Shown here piece after piece: positions 53,875-64,000 of a stretch of DNA of 64,000 nucleotides. This stretch comes from Escherichia phage ECD7. The position numbers and the translations under genes are program-made. The DNA lies in the sequence record NC_041936.1. The stretch is one strand, 5' to 3'. Each line of letters starts with the position of its first letter. Within the stretch, counting starts at the first letter, position 1. The notes under the pieces were generated by a model. That model ran no database searches, had not been told where the DNA came from, and was given only the letters and a program-made list of their open reading frames with translations.

Positions 53875-54619
53875 CTCTACATTATTTGCCAGATTGGAGT
53901 CACAGAAGGATTATGAGAACACTAGACAAACAGAAATTCTCAATCCTTATGTGAATTTCAATTCACATACAAATACACAAACTCTAGCCGATATTATGGT
54001 TGCCGAGTCTATACAAATGCGCGGCGTCGAGATGTACTACATACCGAGAGAATTTGTTAAACCTGATATGATATTTGGGGAGGACGTACAAAGCAAATTC
54101 ACTAAGGCGTGGAAGTTTGCAGCGTACATAAATTCTTTCGATGGGTATGAGGGTGCTGGCAATTTCTTTCAATCTTTCGGTTATACCGCTAATGATGAAT
54201 TAACCATAACCATAAATCCAAATTTATTCAAACATCAAGTAGACAACCAAGAGCCTAAATCCGGCGATTTGTTTTACATTCCTATGAGCAACGATTTATT
54301 CGAAATCTCATACGTCGAGCCATATCAGCCGTTTTTTCAGGCTGGCAAAAATGCCATGCGTAAAATTATTGCAGAGAAATTCGTGTATAGCGGCGAGGAA
54401 TTGCGACCAGAATTACAACGCAATGATGGAATTAATGTTGATGAGTTTGCGGATCTGGATCTTGCACCGATCACTAATCTGGACGGGTTAACAGATATCA
54501 ACTTAGATCAGTACAAAGAAGATAAGCAATTCAGAAGCGAAGGACAAGATTTTATTGATCCGTTTGATCCTATTAATGCAAGGGTTCACCTTTCGCCGAT
54601 TTTTGATAAATACTCATAA
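53867..54619 (+). CDS. 14: neck protein gp14
   Basis: 250 aa (T4 gp14 is about 256 aa); synteny. Confidence 0.8.
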   Translation: MFDSTLFARLESQKDYENTRQTEILNPYVNFNSHTNTQTLADIMVAESIQMRGVEMYYIPREFVKPDMIFGEDVQSKFTKAWKFAAYINSFDGYEGAGNFFQSFGYTANDELTITINPNLFKHQVDNQEPKSGDLFYIPMSNDLFEISYVEPYQPFFQAGKNAMRKIIAEKFVYSGEELRPELQRNDGINVDEFADLDLAPITNLDGLTDINLDQYKEDKQFRSEGQDFIDPFDPINARVHLSPIFDKYS

Positions 54620-54632
54620 ACAAGGGGGTCAA

Positions 54633-55466
54633 ATGTTCGGTTGGCACTATAATTCGTCAATTAGACGGTATATTGTATTGCTGGGTAATTTATTCTCCGG
54701 CGTACAAATTAAAAGGGTGCGTAGCGACGGTGAGCGTTTTATTAAAGTTCCTATCACCTACGCAAAGAAAGAAAAATTCATGATGAGTCTGGACAAATAT
54801 AACAACATCTCAAGTGAGGAAGACGTAGCAAAGGTAGAAACTATTTTACCGCGTATGTGTCTTTCTTTGATTGATATGACATACGCCCAGAACTTTAAAA
54901 CAAATATTGCAAATAAGACAGTACCAAAATATACGGCTGATGGAATCAGGAGCATAACACAATATAACCCTGTACCATATAAGTTTACTTTCGAGTTAGG
55001 GATTTATACGCGTAACGAAGATGATATGTTTCAGATAATTGAACAGATTCTTCCTTACTTCCAGCCTCATTTTAACTGTAAGATTAAAGAACTACACGGT
55101 AATGATGTATGGATTGATCGAGATATTCAGGTCACAATTAGTTCTATTACTCCAGATGAACAGGTAGGCGAAGATAAGTTTTCTCGTCGTCGTCTTGAGT
55201 GGACCATTATGTTCGAATTTATCGGGTTTATATATCCTCCAGCTACCGACGTTAAGGGGGAAATCAGAACGATTTATCTTGATTTTCATGCCAATTCTCG
55301 TGAATTGAATCCTAGCGGTAATTTTGAATCAGTGGATCACGAGGTCGTTAAACGTGACGTCGAGCAAGAAGAATGGGATGGAACAATCAAAGAATCATAT
55401 TCTAGTGATATTCCAATACCAGTTGCACCGACCCCACCGGGTCCACGTATTGTAAGAGAATTTTAA
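54633..55466 (+). CDS. 15: tail sheath stabiliser / tail terminator gp15
   Basis: ORF 54555..55466 trimmed to MFGWHYNSS downstream of the gp14 stop; 278 aa (T4 gp15 is about 272 aa). Confidence 0.8.
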   Translation: MFGWHYNSSIRRYIVLLGNLFSGVQIKRVRSDGERFIKVPITYAKKEKFMMSLDKYNNISSEEDVAKVETILPRMCLSLIDMTYAQNFKTNIANKTVPKYTADGIRSITQYNPVPYKFTFELGIYTRNEDDMFQIIEQILPYFQPHFNCKIKELHGNDVWIDRDIQVTISSITPDEQVGEDKFSRRRLEWTIMFEFIGFIYPPATDVKGEIRTIYLDFHANSRELNPSGNFESVDHEVVKRDVEQEEWDGTIKESYSSDIPIPVAPTPPGPRIVREF

Positions 55467-55479
55467 GAGGTAATTTATT

Positions 55480-58793
<3,314 letters not shown>

Positions 58794-58824
58794 CGATAAT
58801 GCATAAAAAGATGAGGAAATTCTA

Positions 58825-60825
58825 ATGACTCTATTATCACCGGGTTTCGAAACGAAAGAAACTACTCTCTCCACTACCATTGTGCAATCTGCGACTGGTC
58901 GCGCGGCACTGGTAGGTAAATTCCAATGGGGTCCAGCTTTCCAGATTATTCAAGTAACTAATGAAGTTGAATTAGTTAATAAATTTGGTCAGCCGGATAA
59001 TAACACCGCAGACTATTTCATGAGCGGGGCTAACTTCCTCCAGTACGGTAATGATCTGCGTGTTGTTCGTGTATTGAATAAAGAAAAAGCGAAAAACGCA
59101 ACTGCCCTAGCTGGTAACGTCGAGTTTGAAATCACAAACGAAGGTTCAAACTATGAAGTAGGCGATACCATCAAGATTAAACATAACCGTCAAGATATTG
59201 AAACGGCAGGTAAAGTAACTAAAGTTGATGGTGATGGTAAAGTTAAGGGTGTATTTATCCCAACTGGTAAAATTATCGCTCACGCTAAAGCAATCGGTGT
59301 ATATCCAGAACTTGATGGCGATTGGACGGCAGAGTTCACTTCTTCGTCGGGTAACGGTAGTGCGGCGCTGTCAGTAACGAAAATTGTTACTGATTCCGGT
59401 CTTCTGTTAACGGATCTGGAAACTTCCCGCGCCAATATCACAAATCAAACTTTCTTGACTAAACTCAAGAAGTATGATATGCCAGCGGTAAGCGCGATCT
59501 ATGCTGGTGAGATTGGCAACTCGCTGGAAGTTGAAATTCTGGCGCGTAGTGCGTTTAAGAACACAGCACCGGAACTGACCATGTATCCTTATGGTGGCGA
59601 GCGCACCGCAGCACGCAACCTGATTCCATATGCACCGCAGAATGATAATCAATATGCATTTATTGTTCGTCGCGATGGTGTTGTGGTAGAATCCTATGTA
59701 CTGTCTACTCTGAAAGGGGATAAAGACGTATATGGCAATTCTATCTACATGGACGACTTCTTTGGTCGTGGTTCTAGCCAGTACATCTATGCAACCGCTC
59801 AAGGGTGGGTAGATGGTTTCAGTGGTATTATCTCTCTTGCCGGTGGTGTTTCTGCTAACGAAGCAACGACTGGTGGAGTTGGTGCTGATCCGTTCATCGG
59901 TGCGATGATGCAAGGTTGGGATCTGTTTGCTGAACGAGAATCTATTCACGTAAACCTGTTGATCGCTGGTGCATGTGCTGGCGAAGGCGATGCGTTCTCT
60001 ACCGTACAGAAACATGCTGTTTCCATCGGTGATGAGCGTCAGGATTGCTTAGTAATGGTTTCTCCGCCACGTAGCACTGTTGTTAATATTCCGGTGACTA
60101 CTGCAATTGATAACCTGATTGCATGGCGCGAAGGTTCAGGAAACTATAATGAAAACAACATGAACATTAATACCACTTACGCGGTTATTGATGGTAACTA
60201 CAAATATCAGTATGACAAATACAACGACGTAAACCGTTGGGTTCCGTTGGCTGCTGATATTGCTGGTTTGTGCGCTCGTACTGATGCTGTATCCCAGCCG
60301 TGGATGAGTCCGGCAGGTTATAACCGTGGTCAGATCATGAACGTGGTTAAACTGGCAATTGAGCCTCGCAAGGCGCACCGCGATCGTCTGTATCAGGCTG
60401 CAATTAACCCGGTGATCGGTGCTGGTGGTGAAGGGTTTATCCTGATGGGTGATAAAACCGCTACGACTGTTCCTAGCCCGTTTGACCGCATTAACGTTCG
60501 TCGTCTGTTTAACATGCTGAAAAAGAATATCGGTGATTCAAGCAAATACAAACTGTTTGAAAACAACGATAACTTTACTCGCGCTTCCTTCCGTATGGAG
60601 GTTTCGCAATATCTCAGCACGATTCGCTCTCTGGGTGGCATTTATGACTTCCGAGTACAATGCGACACCACGAATAACACGCCGGATGTAATTGATCGTA
60701 ACGAATTTGTTGCTAGTATGTTCATCAAACCAGCAAAATCGATCAACTATATCATGCTCAATTTCACTGCTGTTGCAACTGGTTCTGATTTTGACGAAAT
60801 TATCGGTCCAGTTAACCAGGCATAA
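58825..60825 (+). CDS. 18: tail sheath protein gp18
   Basis: 666 aa (T4 gp18 is about 659 aa); TATAAATA late promoter upstream. Confidence 0.95.
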   Translation: MTLLSPGFETKETTLSTTIVQSATGRAALVGKFQWGPAFQIIQVTNEVELVNKFGQPDNNTADYFMSGANFLQYGNDLRVVRVLNKEKAKNATALAGNVEFEITNEGSNYEVGDTIKIKHNRQDIETAGKVTKVDGDGKVKGVFIPTGKIIAHAKAIGVYPELDGDWTAEFTSSSGNGSAALSVTKIVTDSGLLLTDLETSRANITNQTFLTKLKKYDMPAVSAIYAGEIGNSLEVEILARSAFKNTAPELTMYPYGGERTAARNLIPYAPQNDNQYAFIVRRDGVVVESYVLSTLKGDKDVYGNSIYMDDFFGRGSSQYIYATAQGWVDGFSGIISLAGGVSANEATTGGVGADPFIGAMMQGWDLFAERESIHVNLLIAGACAGEGDAFSTVQKHAVSIGDERQDCLVMVSPPRSTVVNIPVTTAIDNLIAWREGSGNYNENNMNINTTYAVIDGNYKYQYDKYNDVNRWVPLAADIAGLCARTDAVSQPWMSPAGYNRGQIMNVVKLAIEPRKAHRDRLYQAAINPVIGAGGEGFILMGDKTATTVPSPFDRINVRRLFNMLKKNIGDSSKYKLFENNDNFTRASFRMEVSQYLSTIRSLGGIYDFRVQCDTTNNTPDVIDRNEFVASMFIKPAKSINYIMLNFTAVATGSDFDEIIGPVNQA

Positions 60826-60858
60826 TCAGTAAATTAGCATAGATTAAAAGTTAAATCA

Positions 60859-60879
60859 AGCGGGGAGAAAATCCCCGCT
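60859..60879 (+). promoter_or_regulatory. RNA stem-loop AGCGGGGA-gaaaa-TCCCCGCT between genes 18 and 19
   Basis: 8-bp GC-rich stem, weak U-tract; likely transcript-stability or attenuator element. Confidence 0.4.
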
Positions 60880-60898
60880 CTATTAAGGAATATCAATT

Positions 60899-61393
60899 AT
60901 GGCACTCGATTTGAATGATATTACACGCGGTTTCGAGTCTGGCGATTTTGCTCGTCCCAACCTGTTTGAAGTTGAGATCCCGTATCTGGGGCAAAACTTT
61001 AAGCTGATGTGTAAGGCTGCGACTGTCCCGGCTGCTACCGTAGAAAAAATTGCTATAGGCTATCAAAACCGTAAAATTAACATCGCTGGCGACCGTGTAT
61101 ACGACGACTGGACCATCACTGTATTCAACGATGACGCACACAAGATCCGTGATGCTATCGTTGCATGGAGCGATCAGACACACGGCACTGGTTCGGCGAT
61201 CACGGGTGCAACTCCTGCACAATATAAGAAACAAGCTATTGTTCGTCAACTTAACCGTAACACCGAATCAACTAGCGAAAAAACATTGTACGGTATTTTC
61301 CCGACCAACGTTGGTGAAGTAACCCTCGATTGGGAACAAAACAACGAAGTTGAAACGTTTGAAGTTACTTTTGCTATCGATTGGGTAGAATAA
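60899..61393 (+). CDS. 19: tail tube protein gp19
   Basis: 164 aa (T4 gp19 is about 163 aa); flanked by GC hairpins. Confidence 0.9.
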   Translation: MALDLNDITRGFESGDFARPNLFEVEIPYLGQNFKLMCKAATVPAATVEKIAIGYQNRKINIAGDRVYDDWTITVFNDDAHKIRDAIVAWSDQTHGTGSAITGATPAQYKKQAIVRQLNRNTESTSEKTLYGIFPTNVGEVTLDWEQNNEVETFEVTFAIDWVE

Positions 61394-61405
61394 ATATATT
61401 ATCAT

Positions 61406-61424
61406 GCGGGGAGAAGTTCCCCGC
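61406..61424 (+). promoter_or_regulatory. RNA stem-loop GCGGGGA-gaagt-TCCCCGC between genes 19 and 20
   Basis: Near-identical stem to the 60859 hairpin; followed by CTAATTTCTCCC. Confidence 0.4.
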
Positions 61425-61451
61425 CTAATTTCTCCCAATTCGAGGTGAATA

Positions 61452-63017
61452 ATGTTTAGTAGATTAAAAATGCTTGCGCGTTGGGCTGATTTTGACAACG
61501 ACAAATACGAAGAACAAATTAAAGATAAAGCAGAGTCTATCGCCGCACCTAAAAACAATGATGGTGCTACGGAAGTAGAAATTAATGATAATTTACCTGC
61601 TAGCGCGTGGAACTCTCTTACCCAGCAATTTTACAGCACCGACCAGAAAATCAGCACAACTAAGCAATTAGTTAACACATATCGCGGTTTGATGAATAAC
61701 CATGAAGTCGAAAACGCTGTACAAAATATCGTTAACGATGCGATTGTATTTGAAGAAGGTCATGAAGTTGTTTCATTAAATCTTGAGGCGACTGGCTTTA
61801 GTGAATCTGTAAAAGAGCGCATTCATGAAGAATTTAAAGATCTTTTAAACACTATCCAGTTTGATAGGCGCGGTCAGGATATGTTCCGTCGCTGGTATGT
61901 CGATTCGCGTATTTTCTTCCATAAAATAATCGGCAAAAATCCAAAAGATGGTATCGTAGAATTACGCCAGCTTGACCCACGTAATCTTGAATATGTTCGC
62001 GAGATCATTACAGAAGACACACCGGAAGGTAAAATTTATAAAGCAACGAAAGAATATTTCATTTACACTGTAGGCAATAGTTCTTATTGCGCGGGTGGTC
62101 AAGTATTCTCTCCTAATAGTCGCGTTAAAATCCCGCGTAGTGCTATTACATACGCTCACAGCGGCTTAATGGATTGCGATGATAAATATATCATTGGTTA
62201 TTTGCATCGGGCTGTTAAGCCAGCAAACCAGCTTAAATTGTTGGAAGACGCAATGGTCGTTTATCGTATCACGCGTGCACCGGAACGCCGAGTGTTCTTT
62301 ATTGATACCGGAAACATGAACAACCGCAAGGCTGCACAGCACATGAACTCAGTGGCACAGTCTTTTAAAAACCGCGTTGTTTATGATGCATCGACTGGTA
62401 AACTTAAAAACCAGCAAGCAAATCTATCAATGACAGAGGACTACTGGTTACAGCGTCGAGATGGTAAAGCAATCACCGACGTTACTACTTTACCAGGTGC
62501 ATCCGGTATGAGTGATATCGATGATATTCGCTACTTTAACCGTAAATTGTATGAAGCGTTACGCGTTCCATTGTCACGCAGCAATCTCTCCGATGCTAAT
62601 ATGGTGATCGGTGGTGATGGTTCAGAAATTACTCGCGATGAGTTGGAATTTTCGAAATTCATTAGAACTCTGCAATCACAGTTTTCGGAAGTATTGCGCG
62701 ATCCTCTGAAATATAATCTGATTCTCAAAAATGTAATTACGGAAGATGATTGGGATCGTGAAATAAATAATATCAAGGTGGTTTTCCATCGGGACTCTTA
62801 CTATACAGAAGTTAAAGACGCGGAAATTTTAGAACGTCGAATCGGTCTAATCGAACGTATTACACCTTACATTGGTAAGTATTTCTCTAACCAGACAGTG
62901 ATGCGTGACATTCTGAAATATACCGATGACCAGATGGACACCGAGAAGAAACAGATCGAAGAAGAAGCGAACGATCCGCGCTTTAAACAAACTCCCGATG
63001 AAATAGAGGATTTTTAA
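61452..63017 (+). CDS. 20: portal vertex protein gp20
   Basis: 521 aa (T4 gp20 is about 524 aa); synteny. Confidence 0.95.
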   Translation: MFSRLKMLARWADFDNDKYEEQIKDKAESIAAPKNNDGATEVEINDNLPASAWNSLTQQFYSTDQKISTTKQLVNTYRGLMNNHEVENAVQNIVNDAIVFEEGHEVVSLNLEATGFSESVKERIHEEFKDLLNTIQFDRRGQDMFRRWYVDSRIFFHKIIGKNPKDGIVELRQLDPRNLEYVREIITEDTPEGKIYKATKEYFIYTVGNSSYCAGGQVFSPNSRVKIPRSAITYAHSGLMDCDDKYIIGYLHRAVKPANQLKLLEDAMVVYRITRAPERRVFFIDTGNMNNRKAAQHMNSVAQSFKNRVVYDASTGKLKNQQANLSMTEDYWLQRRDGKAITDVTTLPGASGMSDIDDIRYFNRKLYEALRVPLSRSNLSDANMVIGGDGSEITRDELEFSKFIRTLQSQFSEVLRDPLKYNLILKNVITEDDWDREINNIKVVFHRDSYYTEVKDAEILERRIGLIERITPYIGKYFSNQTVMRDILKYTDDQMDTEKKQIEEEANDPRFKQTPDEIEDF

Positions 63018-63259
63018 ATGAAACAATTTATCGAAGCAATTAAAACTCGCGATCTAACGCTGATCGAAAAAGAATTTGATAAGATCATGGAGGCTAAAAA
63101 AGCCAGATCATCGAATCCCAGCGTGTCGAAATCGCATCCAGTATCATGATCGAAGGTGAAGAAGAAAAAGACCGCGATGATGAAGAAGATATGGAAGATG
63201 AGGACGACGAAGACGAAGATCGCAAAGAAGATAAAAAAGACAAAGAAGACGACGAATAA
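63018..63259 (+). pseudogene. 67: prohead core protein gp67 homolog disrupted by a -1 frameshift in an A6 run
   Basis: Frame 0 MKQFIEAIKTRDLTLIEKEFDKIMEAKK stops at 63147-63149; the -1 frame continues SQIIESQRVEIASSIMIEGEEEKDRDDEEDMEDEDD... to 63259; together about 80 aa, the T4 gp67 size. Confidence 0.6.
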
Positions 63260-63271
63260 TAGGAAGCCAAC

Positions 63272-63679
63272 ATGATTAAAGATTTTACTCCTAAAGCTGA
63301 CTTAGAAACTTTTCTGCCGGAAGCACAGGAAAAATTGGACATGTTGGCTATGTTTGAGTCAGAAGAACTATTGAAAATCGTTGAAGGTATCTCCGAGGAT
63401 GAGCCGGAACTGGCGGTAGCAATGCTGTCTATCATCGACGGAATTACTGTAAATGAAGCAATGGTTAAACATGTAAACGCACGCGGGGAAGTTGCACGTA
63501 AGAAAGATCGCAAAACCCGTGAGCGTAATGCTTACATGACTACTGGCCTAAGCAAAGCTAAACGCCGTCAAATTGCCCGTCGTGCTGCAAAAACCAAACG
63601 TGCAAATCCATCTATCGAACGTCATGCGGAACGTAAGCGCAAAAAAGCAATGCGTAAACGTAAGGCGTTAGGATTATAA
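63272..63679 (+). CDS. 68: prohead core protein gp68
   Basis: 135 aa basic C-terminus; between 67 and 21 as in T4. Confidence 0.75.
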   Translation: MIKDFTPKADLETFLPEAQEKLDMLAMFESEELLKIVEGISEDEPELAVAMLSIIDGITVNEAMVKHVNARGEVARKKDRKTRERNAYMTTGLSKAKRRQIARRAAKTKRANPSIERHAERKRKKAMRKRKALGL

Positions 63680-63690
63680 CAGGAAACAAC

Positions 63691-64000
63691 ATGGAAAAGA
63701 ACGAATTACTGATCGAACAATGGGGCGTTCCTTGTGCTCGCGGTAGTTCGTCATTGCTTGAATCATTTGATGATAAGGCTACAGGAAATCTCTATATTCA
63801 AGGGATTTTCCTGCAAGCCGAAACGGTAAACCGCAATAAACGCTGGTATCCTCGCAGTGTTCTAGAAAATGCGGTTACTAAATACATACATGAACAAGTT
63901 GAGACACATCAAGCTCTAGGCGAACTTAATCACCCAGCAAGAGCAATGCCAGATCCATCTAATGCTTGCATCATAATTGAAAAATTATGGTGGGAAGGTA
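63691..64000 (+). CDS. 21: prohead core scaffold protein and protease gp21 (5' part; runs off the window)
   Basis: Hand-translated MEKNELLIEQWGVP...IQGIFLQAETVNRNKRWYPRSVLENAV...ALGELNHP parallels the T4 gp21 N-terminus. Confidence 0.85.
   Translation, partial: MEKNELLIEQWGVPCARGSSSLLESFDDKATGNLYIQGIFLQAETVNRNKRWYPRSVLENAVTKYIHEQVETHQALGELNHPARAMPDPSNACIIIEKLWWEG

Noticed and set aside
59407-60015. 202-aa minus-strand ORF inside tail sheath gene 18
   Set aside because: Antisense to a highly conserved structural gene; no promoter or SD; low-complexity translation.
60893-61558. Minus-strand ORFs 60893-61249 and 61268-61558 overlapping genes 19 and 20
   Set aside because: Antisense to conserved late genes; shadow ORFs.
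63094-63513. 139-aa Ser-rich minus-strand ORF antisense to genes 67 and 68
   Set aside because: Reverse complement of the acidic and basic low-complexity coding sequence of the prohead core genes; not supported.

Overview
This window reads as a T4-type (Tevenvirinae-like, probably RB49-like 'pseudo-T-even') myovirus segment of about 42% GC, with no rRNA, tRNA or CRISPR found. Positions 1-34,900 are a densely packed minus-strand early region: nrdG, nrdD, endonuclease VII (49), nrdC, dam, tk, regB, a GrcA-like glycyl-radical cofactor, an M15 endolysin, acb1/57B, 57A and genes 1, 3, 2, 4, interleaved with about 60 small ORFs. Most transcription units there start with a stereotyped cassette (terminator, TTGACA-17-TATAAT-like promoter that often carries a GC-rich stem-loop in its spacer, fixed leader and Shine-Dalgarno), resembling the PeSL elements described for RB49-like phages. 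Positions 34,957-64,000 are the plus-strand late morphogenesis block in canonical T4 order (53, 5, 5.1, 5.4, 6-12, wac, 13-20, 67, 68, 21). Relative to T4 the late block carries three apparent insertions: an early-promoter cassette with an orphan N6-adenine methyltransferase between genes 8 and 9, a GIY-YIG homing endonuclease between 13 and 14, and a 331-aa intein with a LAGLIDADG core splitting the Walker A motif of terminase gp17. A further HE-like gene sits between genes 3 and 2, and the gene 67 homolog is broken by a frameshift in an A6 run. All calls rest on reading the sequence and the ORF track against recalled T4 biology; no database search was run. ORF coordinates follow the supplied track; motif coordinates are hand-counted and may be off by 1-2 nt.
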